DNA from: Actinocrinis sp.
GTDB lineage: Bacteria > Actinomycetota > Actinomycetes > Streptomycetales > Catenulisporaceae
Direction of reading: 5' to 3'
Length of the DNA: 64,000 nt
Assembly: GCA_036501535.1 (NCBI GenBank)
Contig: DASYAE010000209.1
Location: 1 to 64,000, forward strand
The notes under the pieces were generated by a model. That model did no database searches. It was not told the DNA's origin and worked only from the letters and a program-made list of their open reading frames with translations. Within the stretch, counting starts at the first letter, position 1. Each line of letters starts with the position of its first letter. Shown here piece by piece: positions 26,504 through 37,398 of this stretch. The translations under genes and the position numbers were made by a program.

Positions 26504-27754
26504 ATGTCGGCCGGGGCTGAGAGAATCCCTCCCGTGCCCTCTGCCCTGCCCCCCGGCGAACCGGTCCCCGACGACGGCGCCCTGCCTGCCGAGGCCCGCG
26601 ACGCCTTCGGCCGGCGGCCGTTCGGGTTCTACATCCACGTGCCCTACTGCGCCAGCCGCTGCGGGTACTGCGACTTCAACACGTACACCGCGTCCGAGCT
26701 GGGCGGCGGCGCCTCGCAGGCCTCGTACGCGCAGGCCGCGATCGCCGAGATCCGGCAGGCCCGCAAGGTGCTCGGCGACCGGTACGTGCCGGTGGAGACC
26801 GTGTTCTTCGGCGGCGGCACCCCGACCCTGCTGCCGGCCGCGGACCTGCGGGCGATCCTCAAGGCGGTGCGCGACGAGTTCGGGCTCGACGCCACCGCCG
26901 AGGTCACCACGGAGGCGAACCCCGAGTCGGTGGACGAGGGCTACCTCGTCACGCTGGCCGAGGGCGGGTTCAACCGGATCTCGCTCGGCATGCAGTCGGC
27001 CCGGTCGCACGTGCTGGGGGTGCTGGACCGCAAGCACACCCCGGGCCGGGCCGAGCAGTGCGTGCGCTGGGCCTACGACGCCGGGTTCGAACAGGTGAAC
27101 CTCGACCTGATCTACGGCACGCCCGGCGAGACCGAGGACGACTGGCGCGCCTCGCTCGAAGCGGTCGTCGGCGCCTACCCCGACCACGTCTCCGCCTACT
27201 CGCTCATCGTCGAGCCGGGCACCCGGCTGGCGGCCCGGATCAAGCGCGGCGAGCTGCCCGGCATCGACGAGGACGTACACGCCGACCGGTACCTGGCCGC
27301 CGACGAGGTGCTCTCGCAGGCGGGCTACCGCTGGTACGAGGTCTCCAACTGGTCCGTCTCGGACGAGTCGCGCTGCCGGCACAACCTGCTCTACTGGACC
27401 GGCGCGGACTGGTGGGGCGTCGGGCCGGGCGCGCACAGCCACGTGGCCGGGGTCCGCTGGTGGAACGTGAAGCACCCGGCCGCCTACGCCGAGCGGCTGG
27501 CCGCGGGCCGTTCGCCGGGCCACGCCAGGGAGCTGCTGGCGCCGCAGGACCGCCGGTTCGAGCGCATCCTGCTGGAGCTGCGCCTGGCCGACGGGCTCGA
27601 CCTCGGCGTGCTCACGCCGTCCGCCCGCGCCGCCGCCGGCCGCGCGGTCGGCGACGGGCTGCTCGAACAGCTCCCGTTCGCCGACGGTCACGCCGTGCTG
27701 ACCCTGCAGGGACGGCTGCTCGCCGATGCGCTGGTACGGGACCTGACGGACTGA
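26504..27754 (+). CDS. hemW: radical SAM heme chaperone HemW (HemN-like coproporphyrinogen III oxidase family)
   Basis: FYIHVPYCASRCGYCDF is the CxxxCxxC radical-SAM cluster motif, with a HemN/HemW-like C-terminus. The lepA-hemW adjacency is typical. Confidence 0.85.
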   Translation: MSAGAERIPPVPSALPPGEPVPDDGALPAEARDAFGRRPFGFYIHVPYCASRCGYCDFNTYTASELGGGASQASYAQAAIAEIRQARKVLGDRYVPVETVFFGGGTPTLLPAADLRAILKAVRDEFGLDATAEVTTEANPESVDEGYLVTLAEGGFNRISLGMQSARSHVLGVLDRKHTPGRAEQCVRWAYDAGFEQVNLDLIYGTPGETEDDWRASLEAVVGAYPDHVSAYSLIVEPGTRLAARIKRGELPGIDEDVHADRYLAADEVLSQAGYRWYEVSNWSVSDESRCRHNLLYWTGADWWGVGPGAHSHVAGVRWWNVKHPAAYAERLAAGRSPGHARELLAPQDRRFERILLELRLADGLDLGVLTPSARAAAGRAVGDGLLEQLPFADGHAVLTLQGRLLADALVRDLTD

Positions 27755-27788
27755 CGGCGCTTCGTGCCTCACCGGGGTCACCTACAGA

Positions 27789-27810
27789 CGTCCGTAGGTG
27801 CCGCGCGTCC
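27789..27810. terminator. imperfect 22-nt palindrome/hairpin between convergent hemW and the DUF3097 gene
   Basis: cacctacagacgtccgtaggtg has arms CACCTAC/GTAGGTG around a GACGTC core with one mismatched pair. Confidence 0.35.
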
Positions 27811-27840
27811 GCGCATTTGGCGGATCTCGAACCCCTGGTC

Positions 27841-28746
27841 TCACACCCCAGTCACGAAATCGATCAGCGCCTCGACCCGGCCGAGCAGCTCCGGCTCCAG
27901 GTCCTTGAAGGACGAGACCGCGCCGAGGATGCGAGGCCAGGCCGCCCGCGGTTCGAGCGGCCAGCCCGGATCCTTGCGGTGCAGCCGCTCGCAGACGCCA
28001 GCCTTCCACTCCTCCGTGCGCGGCACCCGCGGCCAGGCGTCGAAGCCGAGCGCGGACGGTCTGACGGCCTGCCAGATGTCCACATAGGGGTGGCCGAGCA
28101 CGAGAACGGCGTCCTCCCGGCCGCGCTGCACCTGCTGCGCGACTCGAGTCTCCTTGGAGTTGGCCACCATGTGGTCCACCAGGACGCCTAGTCGTCGGCT
28201 TGGACCCGGGTCGAAGGCCTCGACGATGCCGGGCAGCTCGTCGACGCCGTCGAGCAGCTGCACCACCACGCCCTCGATCCGCAGGTCGTCGCCCCAGACC
28301 CGCTCGACCAGCTCGGCGTCGTGCTTGCCCTCCACGTAGATCCGGCTCTCCCGGGCGGTCCGCGCCCGGAGGCCCGTCACGGCCCGCGACCCGGACGCCG
28401 TGCGCGTCGTCGCCGCGGCCGCGCCTACTGTCGCTGCGGGCTGCGGCCGGACCAGGACCACCGGCGCACCGTCCAGGTGGAAGCCGGGGCCCAGCGGGAA
28501 GACCCGGCGCTTGGCGAAGCGGTCCTCCAGGGTGACCGTGTAGCCGCCCGGCGTCTTCTCCACCCGGACCACCGCCCCGCAGAACCCCGTGGTCACCTCC
28601 TCGACCACCAGCCCGGACGCGGCCTCGACCTCCGGCAGCGGCCGCGCGCCGCGCCCCGGCCGCGGCAGGTCCCGCGGGCCGAAGCCGCTGTCCCAGATCC
28701 GGCCGCCGGTCCTGCCGCCGGTCCGGTCCGTCCGATCAATACCCAT
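27841..28746 (-). CDS. conserved actinobacterial protein (DUF3097-like)
   Basis: 301 aa starting at MGIDRTDR. The C-terminus ...[34 protein letters not shown]... resembles the conserved protein found between hemW and hrcA in Streptomyces. The track ORF extends to 29094 across the CIRCE element, which I discount. Confidence 0.65.
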   Translation of the reverse strand: MGIDRTDRTGGRTGGRIWDSGFGPRDLPRPGRGARPLPEVEAASGLVVEEVTTGFCGAVVRVEKTPGGYTVTLEDRFAKRRVFPLGPGFHLDGAPVVLVRPQPAATVGAAAATTRTASGSRAVTGLRARTARESRIYVEGKHDAELVERVWGDDLRIEGVVVQLLDGVDELPGIVEAFDPGPSRRLGVLVDHMVANSKETRVAQQVQRGREDAVLVLGHPYVDIWQAVRPSALGFDAWPRVPRTEEWKAGVCERLHRKDPGWPLEPRAAWPRILGAVSSFKDLEPELLGRVEALIDFVTGV

Positions 28747-28867
28747 GCCCACACACGCTATCGGCCGCCGGCCGCCTCGGCGCCGCGCCCACCTGGTTTT
28801 TCCGCGTTCCGGTGAACATCGCCTGAAGACTCTCCGCGGGTCCGGCCTTACACTGGAGGGTGAGCCG

Positions 28868-28894
28868 CTGGCACTCGTTCTTCCGGAGTGCCAA
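28868..28894. promoter_or_regulatory. CIRCE element (HrcA operator) upstream of hrcA-dnaJ
   Basis: CTGGCACTC-N9-GAGTGCCAA versus the consensus TTAGCACTC-N9-GAGTGCTAA. It carries the GGCACTC/GAGTGCC variant seen in high-GC Gram-positives and lies about 88 nt upstream of the hrcA ATG. Confidence 0.7.
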
Positions 28895-28981
28895 GCGGCC
28901 CGCGAACGGCTCGAAACGGTCGGAGCGCGGCGGGCTGCTCCACCGCCGCGGCAGCGCCCGGAAGGTGGAGGTGTACACGCG

Positions 28982-30073
28982 ATGGCGGACGATCCGCGTT
29001 CCGCGCCCCGGCAGGGCGAGCCGGCGCAGCCCGAGCCCCGCCGCCCCGAGGACCCACGGCTCGACCGCCGCCGGCTCGACGTGCTGCGCGCCATCGTCCA
29101 GGACTACGTCGCCACCCAGGAGCCGGTCGGCTCGAAGGCCCTGGTCGAACGGCACAACCTGGGCGTCTCGCCGGCCACCATACGCAACGACATGGCAGCC
29201 CTCGAAGAGGAGGGCTACATCCACCAGCCGCACACCAGCGCCGGCCGGGTGCCCACCGACAAGGGCTACCGGCTGTTCGTCGACCGGCTCGCCTCGGTCA
29301 AGCCGCTCTCCTCGGCCGAGCGCAGCGCGATCTACGCCTTCCTCGAGGGCGCGGTCGACCTCGACGACGTGGTGGCCCGCACGGTCCGGCTGCTGGCCCA
29401 GATAACGCGGCAGGTCGCCGTGGTGCAGTACCCGTCGCTGTCCCGGTCCGCGGTCCGGCACGTCGAGCTGGTCTTGATCGCGCCGAGCCGGGTCATGCTG
29501 GTGCTGATCACCGACACCGGGCGGGTCGAGCAGCGGATCGCGGAGACCGCGCCGGCCACCGAGCAGTCCCTGGCCGAGCTGCGCGCCCGGCTCAATGCCC
29601 TGATCGTGGGCCGGCGGCTGGCCGAGGTGCCGGCCCGGCTGGCCGACTTCGGCGAGCAGTTCCAGCCGGACGACCGGGCGGTCGCGCGGACCCTGGCCGC
29701 GGTGCTGATGGACGCGGTCGTGGAGCAGCGCGAGGAGCGGGTCATGCTCGGCGGCACGGCCAACCTGACCAGGTTCCGGCAGGACTTCCCGGACACCATC
29801 GGCCCGGTGCTCGAGGCGCTGGAGGAGCAGATGGTGCTGCTCAAGCTGCTCGGCGAGACCACCGGCCCGTCCATGCTCACGGTCCGGATCGGGCACGAGA
29901 CCGGGTACGAGGAGCTGGCCTCGACATCCCTCGTGGCCAGCGGATACGGCCGGGACGGCGACGCGGTGGCCCAGCTCGGCGTGCTCGGCCCGACCAGGAT
30001 GGATTATCCGGGCACCATGGGGGCGGTCTCGGCCGTTGCCAGATATGTGGGCAGGGTCCTCGATGAGGCGTGA
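28982..30073 (+). CDS. hrcA: heat-inducible transcription repressor HrcA
   Basis: [66 protein letters not shown] is the highly conserved HrcA N-terminus. ATG at 28982 leaves a ~25-aa Pro/Arg-rich extension, so the true start could be non-canonical and later. Confidence 0.88.
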   Translation: MADDPRSAPRQGEPAQPEPRRPEDPRLDRRRLDVLRAIVQDYVATQEPVGSKALVERHNLGVSPATIRNDMAALEEEGYIHQPHTSAGRVPTDKGYRLFVDRLASVKPLSSAERSAIYAFLEGAVDLDDVVARTVRLLAQITRQVAVVQYPSLSRSAVRHVELVLIAPSRVMLVLITDTGRVEQRIAETAPATEQSLAELRARLNALIVGRRLAEVPARLADFGEQFQPDDRAVARTLAAVLMDAVVEQREERVMLGGTANLTRFRQDFPDTIGPVLEALEEQMVLLKLLGETTGPSMLTVRIGHETGYEELASTSLVASGYGRDGDAVAQLGVLGPTRMDYPGTMGAVSAVARYVGRVLDEA

Positions 30074-30227
30074 CCCCCGCTCAACCGGGTGGCGTAGCCT
30101 TGACCGGGCTGGAGTACGCGGCGCGCGAGCCGGCGCCGCGCCCGCTCGGCCCGGTCAGGTTCATCAAGGGCGCCGGCTATCCGGCTTCCTAGCTCAGGCG
30201 ACGTCCTAGATCCGGCTGGAGTTTCGA

Positions 30228-31361
30228 GTGGCGACCGATTATTACGCGGTCCTCGGGGTGCGGCGCGACGCGACGCAGGAGGAGATCAAGAAGGCCTACC
30301 GCCGCCTGGCCCGAGAACTGCACCCGGACGTGAACCCGGACCCGGAGACGCAGGACCGGTTCAAGGAGATCGGGCTGGCCTACGAGGTGCTGTCCGACCC
30401 GCAGAAGCGCCAGGTCTACGACATCGGCGGCGACCCGACCCGGACCACCTCCGCGGCCGGGGCCGGCGGCGGGTTCGGCGCCGGGTTCGCGTTCAGCGAC
30501 ATCATGGACGCCTTCTTCGGCGGCGGCGCCTCGCGCGGCCCGCGCTCGCGGGTGCGCCGGGGCCAGGACGCGCTGATCCGGGTCGAGATCGACCTGCGCG
30601 ACGCGGCGTTCGGCGCCCAGCGCGACATCCAGGTGGACACCGCCGTGGTCTGCCCGACCTGCAACGGCGACGGCGCGGCGCCCGGCACCTCCCCGATCAC
30701 CTGCGACATGTGCCGCGGCCGGGGCGAGGTCTCCCAGGTGACCCGCTCGTTCCTGGGCCAGGTGATGACCTCGCGGCCGTGCCCGCAGTGCCAGGGGTAC
30801 GGCACGGTCGTGCCGAGCCCTTGCGTGGAGTGCGCCGGCGACGGCCGGGTGCGCACCCGCCGCACGCTGACCGTGAAGATCCCGCCGGGCGTGGACAACG
30901 GCACCCGGATCCAGCTGGCCGGCGAGGGCGAGGTCGGCCCGGGCGCGGGCCCGGCCGGCGACCTGTACATCGAGATCGTCGAGGAGCCGCACGCGATCTT
31001 CCAGCGCCGCGGCGACGACCTGCACTGCACCGTGACGCTGCCGATGACCGCGGCGGCCCTGGGCACCAAGATCGCGCTGGAGACCCTGGACGGCCCGAGC
31101 GACCTGGACATCCGGCCGGGCACCCAGTCCGGCCAGTCCATCACGCTGCGCGGGCGCGGGATCCAGCACCTGCGCGGCACCACCCGCGGCGACCTGGTGG
31201 TGCACGTGGACGTGTCGACGCCGAAGAACCTGGACACCGAGCAGGAGGACCTGCTGCGCAAGCTGGCCCGGCTGCGCGGCGAGGAGCGCCCGTCCGGCCA
31301 GTTCGCGCCCGGGCAGCAGCGGCTGTTCTCCCGGATCAAGGACGCCATCAACAACCGCTGA
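30228..31361 (+). CDS. dnaJ: molecular chaperone DnaJ
   Basis: J-domain DYYAVLGV...HPDVNPD, a G/F-rich region, four CxxCxGxG zinc-finger repeats and a C-terminal substrate-binding domain. Confidence 0.92.
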   Translation: MATDYYAVLGVRRDATQEEIKKAYRRLARELHPDVNPDPETQDRFKEIGLAYEVLSDPQKRQVYDIGGDPTRTTSAAGAGGGFGAGFAFSDIMDAFFGGGASRGPRSRVRRGQDALIRVEIDLRDAAFGAQRDIQVDTAVVCPTCNGDGAAPGTSPITCDMCRGRGEVSQVTRSFLGQVMTSRPCPQCQGYGTVVPSPCVECAGDGRVRTRRTLTVKIPPGVDNGTRIQLAGEGEVGPGAGPAGDLYIEIVEEPHAIFQRRGDDLHCTVTLPMTAAALGTKIALETLDGPSDLDIRPGTQSGQSITLRGRGIQHLRGTTRGDLVVHVDVSTPKNLDTEQEDLLRKLARLRGEERPSGQFAPGQQRLFSRIKDAINNR

Positions 31362-31405
31362 GGCCGATCGGCGCGCGTTGAGGGACCCATAAGGACACTG
31401 CCACC

Positions 31406-32182
31406 GTGACCACCGCCCCCGTCTTCCGCGCCGACCGCGCGGCGCTGGCCGACGCCGCGCGGTCCGGAGCGGCGGTCCGGCTGGACGGGCCCGAGGGGCG
31501 GCACGCCGCGCTGGTGCGCCGGCTGCGGCCGGGGGAGCGGGTGGACCTGACCGACGGCGCGGGCGCGCTGGCCCGCTGCACGGTGCGCCGGGCCGACGGC
31601 GCCGCGCTGGACCTCGACGTCGTCGAGTTCGCCGAGCTGCCCGCGCCGGAGCCGCGGATCACGGTGGTGCAGGCGCTGGCCAAGGGCGACCGGGGCGAGA
31701 CCGCGGTGGAGACGATGACCGAGGTCGGCGTCGACGCGATCGTGCCGTGGAGCGCGGGCCGGTCCGTCGCCCAGTGGCACGGGGACCGCGGCGCCCGCTC
31801 GCTCGGCCGGTGGCGGGCCGCCGCGGCCGAGGCGGCCAAGCAGGCCCGGCGGGTCTGGTGGCCCGAGGTGGCCGAGGAGCACACCACCGCCGAGGCGGCG
31901 AAGCTGCTCGCCGGCGCCGGCCTGGCCGTCGTGCTGCACGAGAGCGCCGAGACCGCGCTGACCGCCGTGCCGATGAGAGACGCGCAGATGACGGACCCGC
32001 CACCGGCCGGCGGGATCGTCCTGGTCGTCGGCCCCGAGGGCGGCATCGGCCCGGACGAGCTGGACCGCTTCGCCGAGGCCGGCGCGGTCCGCTGCCGGCT
32101 CGGTCCCACGGTCCTGCGCACCTCGACCGCCGGGACCGTGGCCGCCGCGCTGCTGCTCGCCCGCGTCGGCCGCTGGTCCTGA
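31406..32182 (+). CDS. rsmE: 16S rRNA (uracil1498-N3)-methyltransferase RsmE
   Basis: 258 aa. PUA-like N-terminus and a SPOUT-like C-terminus (VLVVGPEGGIGPDEL). The dnaJ-rsmE synteny is conserved. Confidence 0.8.
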   Translation: MTTAPVFRADRAALADAARSGAAVRLDGPEGRHAALVRRLRPGERVDLTDGAGALARCTVRRADGAALDLDVVEFAELPAPEPRITVVQALAKGDRGETAVETMTEVGVDAIVPWSAGRSVAQWHGDRGARSLGRWRAAAAEAAKQARRVWWPEVAEEHTTAEAAKLLAGAGLAVVLHESAETALTAVPMRDAQMTDPPPAGGIVLVVGPEGGIGPDELDRFAEAGAVRCRLGPTVLRTSTAGTVAAALLLARVGRWS

Positions 32183-32223
32183 CCGGTCCTTACCGGTCCT
32201 GACGCGTGCGGCTCGAAGCCGCG

Positions 32224-32775
32224 TCAGCCGCAGTACTTGGCGGTGTACGTGTCCGTCTCCCAGTGCTGGTAGAAGACATGCGCGGTGCCCTCGACGCAGT
32301 CGCCGTGCGCGGCGGGCACCGAGGCCGACCAGAAGTCCGGGCCGCCGCCGCCGTCGGCGAACGTGGCGGGGCCGTCGATGGCGTCCTTGGTCACGTCGAA
32401 GACGGCCAGCCCGATGCTGTACGGCGTGGCGCTGTGGCGGAACTGGAGCCAGGGGAACGCGTAGCCGTAGTAGGCGCGGCAGTCCGGCGAGTAGTACAGC
32501 TTCACCGAGAAGCTGGTCGTGCCGTTGTAGTACGCGTATGCGGTGGAGCCCACCTGGTGCGCGTCGGAGCAGGGAGCTGACGAGGGGATCATCGTGTGCC
32601 GCTCCTGCGGCGTCGGCGCGGCGTCAGAGGGCTGCGGCGGGGCCGCGCGGACCGCGGCGGCGGCGGACGGCGAGTCGTCCGCCGCAGTGTGCTGGTTGGT
32701 GGCGGGGGCCATGGCGAGTACGGCCGCGATCGCCGTGGCGGCGACGGCGTGGACGGCGAAGCGTTCCACAGGCAT
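32224..32775 (-). CDS. secreted hypothetical protein (signal peptide, Cys/Tyr-rich)
   Basis: Starts MPVERFAVHAVAATAIAAVLAMAPA (signal peptide). The mature part is Tyr/Cys-rich (YYNGTTSFSVKLYYSPDCRAYYGYAFPW...). No family recognised. The track start 32823 is probably an upstream extension. Confidence 0.5.
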   Translation of the reverse strand: MPVERFAVHAVAATAIAAVLAMAPATNQHTAADDSPSAAAAVRAAPPQPSDAAPTPQERHTMIPSSAPCSDAHQVGSTAYAYYNGTTSFSVKLYYSPDCRAYYGYAFPWLQFRHSATPYSIGLAVFDVTKDAIDGPATFADGGGGPDFWSASVPAAHGDCVEGTAHVFYQHWETDTYTAKYCG

Positions 32776-32908
32776 TTCTCCGGATCTTCCGGGCGTGAGC
32801 GGGGTGGGCGCACATCTGATCACTTTTCAGAACGAATCGGAACGGTACACAGTCACGCACCCGTCAGAGCGCTTAGGATCGGTCCGACCTGACGGAAAGG
32901 ACCCATAC

Positions 32909-33367
32909 GTGGTAGCCGACGGCATCGGTTCGAGCGAATCCGCGACCCCGGGGGCAACCATCCCGGCCGGTACGACAGTCGGTGCGCAACACGTCTCCGA
33001 CCCGCAGTGCCTGTTCTGCCGGATCGTCGCCGGGCAGATCCCGGCCACGGTCGTGCGCGAAAGCGAGCACTTCCTGGCCTTCCGCGACATCGCCCCGCAG
33101 GCGCCCACGCACGTCCTGGTCATCCCGAAGACGCACGGCTACCGCGACGTGGGCGAGCTGGCAGCGGGCAACCCGCAGCTCGCCGCGGCGCTGCTGGCCG
33201 AGGGCGCCGAGGTGGCGTGGCAGGAGGGGCTGCCCGAGCACGCCGACGTCGGCGGGTACCGGTTCGTCCTCAACTCCGGCGACGCGGCCGGCCAGACCGT
33301 CTACCACGTGCACCTGCACGTGCTCGGCGGCGACGCGCTCGGCCACTTCGGCAGCGCGCCGCACTGA
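32909..33367 (+). CDS. HIT (histidine triad) family protein
   Basis: QCLFCRIVAGQIPATVV...VYHVHLHVLGG (HxHxHxx motif). The proposed GTG start at 32909 follows a GGAAAGGA ribosome-binding site. The track ORF 32543 overlaps the minus-strand gene and is rejected as the start. Confidence 0.75.
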   Translation: MVADGIGSSESATPGATIPAGTTVGAQHVSDPQCLFCRIVAGQIPATVVRESEHFLAFRDIAPQAPTHVLVIPKTHGYRDVGELAAGNPQLAAALLAEGAEVAWQEGLPEHADVGGYRFVLNSGDAAGQTVYHVHLHVLGGDALGHFGSAPH

Positions 33368-33519
33368 TCCGATGTCAGGAAGTCGCCCGCGAGCGGACTG
33401 CCGGCGTGCTGCGCCGGGAACAATTCCCACGAGTTGAGACGTGGTCCACAGGTACGATGGAACACGTCAACATCCGGCAACGACAGAAGGCGTGATTCGG
33501 GGCCACAGCGGCCCGGCCC

Positions 33520-34716
<1,197 letters not shown>

Positions 34717-34860
34717 GCGTCCCGGTGGAGCGCGTTGCGGGGTTGCGCGACGCGGGCGGCCGCCGTGGCAGGCCGCACCGGCGGTAGGCTTTCCGCCGCC
34801 TGTTCCCGCTGCTCGGCGGGAGCGGGGCCGCCCGCGAACCGAAGTGGGATGATCCCTAGC

Positions 34861-35367
34861 ATGTCGATCGATATCAACAACGAGTCCGGCGAGGACGTCG
34901 ACGAGTCCGCCATCGTCGCCCTGGCCAGGTTCGTGCTGGACAAGATGGGCATCCACCCGCTCGCCGAGCTGTCCATCCTGCTGGTCGACACCGCCGCGAT
35001 GGAGCAGCTGCACATCCAGTGGATGGACGAGCCCGGACCGACCGACGTGCTCTCGTTCCCGATGGACGAGCTGCGCCCGTCCCGCGCCGAGGACGAGAAC
35101 GAGCCCACCCCGGGCCTGCTCGGCGACGTGGTGCTGTGCCCGGAGGTGGCCGCCAAGCAGGGCGAGGCGGCCGGCCACTCCACCGCCGACGAGCTGCACA
35201 TGCTGACCGTGCACGGCATCCTGCACCTGCTCGGCTACGACCACGCCGAGCCGGACGAGCGCACCGAGATGTTCGGGTTGCAGGGCGAGCTGCTGGCCCG
35301 CTGGCGCGAGCAGGGCGGCGCGGGCGGGGCGCCGCCGGCCGGCCCCGAACCGGACGACGGGCGCTGA
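34861..35367 (+). CDS. ybeY: rRNA maturation RNase YbeY
   Basis: [11 protein letters not shown] zinc-binding motif. ATG at 34861 (MSIDINNE); the track ORF 34735 is an upstream extension. Confidence 0.88.
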   Translation: MSIDINNESGEDVDESAIVALARFVLDKMGIHPLAELSILLVDTAAMEQLHIQWMDEPGPTDVLSFPMDELRPSRAEDENEPTPGLLGDVVLCPEVAAKQGEAAGHSTADELHMLTVHGILHLLGYDHAEPDERTEMFGLQGELLARWREQGGAGGAPPAGPEPDDGR

Positions 35368-35369
35368 GC

Positions 35370-36875
35370 GTGAGCGCCGCGGCGTCCTGGCCGCTGCTCG
35401 GCGCGGCCGCCTCGGTGGCCGTCGCGGGCCTGGCCGCTTGCGTCGAGTCGGCGCTCGGCCGGATCTCCGGCGTGCGGGCCGAGGAGCTGCTGGCGCAGGG
35501 CGTGCGCGGCGCGGCCCGGATAGTGCGGCTGACCGCCGACCCGGCCCGGTATGTGAACCTGCTGCTGCTGATCCGGGTCAGCGGCGAGATGGCGGCCGCG
35601 GTCCTGGTCGCCATGGTGTGCGTCTCGGCCTGGCGGCTGACCTGGGGCGCGGGCCTCCTCGCGGCCGGCTCGATGATCGTGGTCTCCTACATCGCGGTCG
35701 GCGTCATGCCGCGCACCCTCGGCCGCCGGCACGCCGAGGCCATCGCGGCGACCGGCGGCGCGGTGCTGCTGCCGCTCTCGACCGTGCTCGGCCCGCTGGC
35801 CCGCGGCCTGATCCTGGTGGGCAACGCGCTGACCCCGGGCCGGGGCTTCCGCGAGGGGCCGTTCGCCACCGAGGCGGAGCTGCGCGCGCTGATCGACATC
35901 GCGGAGCAGAACAGCGAGATCGAGGCGGCCGAGCGGCGGATGGTGCACTCGGTCTTCGAGCTCGGCGACACCCTGGTGCGCGAGGTGATGGTGCCGCGCA
36001 CCGAGATGGTCTCCATCGAGCGCGCCAAGACCCTGCGCCAGGCCCTCTCGCTGGCGCTGCGCAGCGGCTTCTCCCGGATCCCGGTGACCGGGCAGGACGA
36101 GGACGACGTGGTCGGCATCGTCTACCTCAAGGACCTGGCCAGCCGGCTGCACGAGGACTTCGCCGCAGACGGCGCCGGCGCCGGCGTCGGCACCAGCACC
36201 GCCACCGGCACCGGCGGCAGCCGGGACGCGCTCGGCGACCTGGTCGGCACCGTGATGCGGCAGGCCACCTTCGTGCCGGACTCGAAGCACGCCGACGACC
36301 TGCTGCGCGACATGCAGGCGCAGCGCATCCACCTGGCGATCGTGATCGACGAGTACGGCGGCACCGCGGGCCTGGTCACCATCGAGGACATCCTCGAGGA
36401 GATCGTCGGGGAGATCACCGACGAGTACGACACCGGCCGGCCCGAGGTGGAGTGGCTCGGCCGCCCCGGGGACGCGGCCGAGGGCGCCCGGGTCTCCGCC
36501 CGGTTCGGCCTCGACCAGCTCGGCGAGCTGTTCGGCCGGGACCTCGAGGACGAGGACGTGGACACGGTGGGCGGGCTGCTGGCCAAGCAGCTGGGCAAGG
36601 TGCCGATCCCGGGCGCGCGGGCCGACGTGGCCGGGCTGCGGCTGATCGCCGAGTCCCCGGAGGGCCGGCGGCGCCGGATCGGTACGATCGTGGTCCAGCT
36701 GGCGAAGACCGCCGACGGCGGCGCGGGCGGGTTCGGCCGCGGCCGTGACGGCGCGGGCGTGCGCGACATCGTGAACGGCACCGACGAGGCCGCGCGCGAC
36801 CGGGACCGGGACTGGGATCGGGACCGGGAGCGCGATACCGCGAAGGCCGACGACGAGGCGCGCGGCGAGGACTGA
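35370..36875 (+). CDS. hemolysin-family DUF21-CBS-CorC/HlyC transporter-associated protein
   Basis: GTG start 3 nt after the ybeY stop. N-terminal 4-TM DUF21-like region, a CBS pair (VREVMVPRTEMVSIE...GIVYLKDL) and a C-terminal CorC_HlyC-like segment. The track ORF 35019 is out of frame. Confidence 0.82.
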   Translation: MSAAASWPLLGAAASVAVAGLAACVESALGRISGVRAEELLAQGVRGAARIVRLTADPARYVNLLLLIRVSGEMAAAVLVAMVCVSAWRLTWGAGLLAAGSMIVVSYIAVGVMPRTLGRRHAEAIAATGGAVLLPLSTVLGPLARGLILVGNALTPGRGFREGPFATEAELRALIDIAEQNSEIEAAERRMVHSVFELGDTLVREVMVPRTEMVSIERAKTLRQALSLALRSGFSRIPVTGQDEDDVVGIVYLKDLASRLHEDFAADGAGAGVGTSTATGTGGSRDALGDLVGTVMRQATFVPDSKHADDLLRDMQAQRIHLAIVIDEYGGTAGLVTIEDILEEIVGEITDEYDTGRPEVEWLGRPGDAAEGARVSARFGLDQLGELFGRDLEDEDVDTVGGLLAKQLGKVPIPGARADVAGLRLIAESPEGRRRRIGTIVVQLAKTADGGAGGFGRGRDGAGVRDIVNGTDEAARDRDRDWDRDRERDTAKADDEARGED

Positions 36876-36921
36876 CGAGGAACGGCTGAGTCGGAGTGGT
36901 GGCGGCGGAGAAGATGGCGGA

Positions 36922-37299
36922 GTGATGGCTGAGACGCAGGGCGCTGCGGGCGCCGGCGGGGAGCGGGAGCTCGGCCCGGAGGACGCGAAGATCGTCACCC
37001 TGGCCCGCGCGGCCCGGGCCCGGATCGGTGCGGCAGAGGGCGCCGCGGTGCGTGACAGTACCGGCCGAACCTACGCTGCCGCGACCGTCGAGTTGCCCGC
37101 GCTCAAGCTGTCCGCGCTGGAGGTGGCCGTGGCGATGGCGGCCGCGGCCGGGGCCGACGGGCTCGAGGCCGCCGCGGTGGTCTCCGCGGCGCCGGCGGCC
37201 GAGGCGCTCGCCGACGACCGGATCGCCCCGGCCCGCGACCTCTCCGTCGGGGCCGTGTTCCTGGCCGCGCTCGACGGCACGGTCGTCGCCACGCGCTGA
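36922..37299 (+). CDS. hypothetical protein (Ala-rich, 125 aa)
   Basis: ORF between the CBS gene and the LCP gene. The sequence is Ala-rich with no signal peptide or motif I recognise. Coding status is moderately likely given its position in a conserved operon. Confidence 0.45.
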   Translation: MMAETQGAAGAGGERELGPEDAKIVTLARAARARIGAAEGAAVRDSTGRTYAAATVELPALKLSALEVAVAMAAAAGADGLEAAAVVSAAPAAEALADDRIAPARDLSVGAVFLAALDGTVVATR

Positions 37300-37398
37300 G
37301 CGATAGGTCCGTCGCCAGTAGGTAACACCGCTGCTACGGTCCGGGTCCGGCCCTTCGTCCCCGGCCCCCAGAGCAACCGGTCGGGTTACCTTGGCTGG

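Noticed and set aside
24422-27781. 1119-aa minus-strand ORF
   Set aside because: It is antisense to lepA and hemW, which carry canonical GTPase and radical-SAM motifs. The composition is dominated by Arg, Gly, Ala and Val with no motifs.
27755-27845. possible tRNA or sRNA in the hemW/DUF3097 convergent gap (GTTCGAGATCC on the minus strand)
   Set aside because: No acceptor or anticodon-arm complementarity. The region is better explained as a convergent terminator hairpin (27789..27810).
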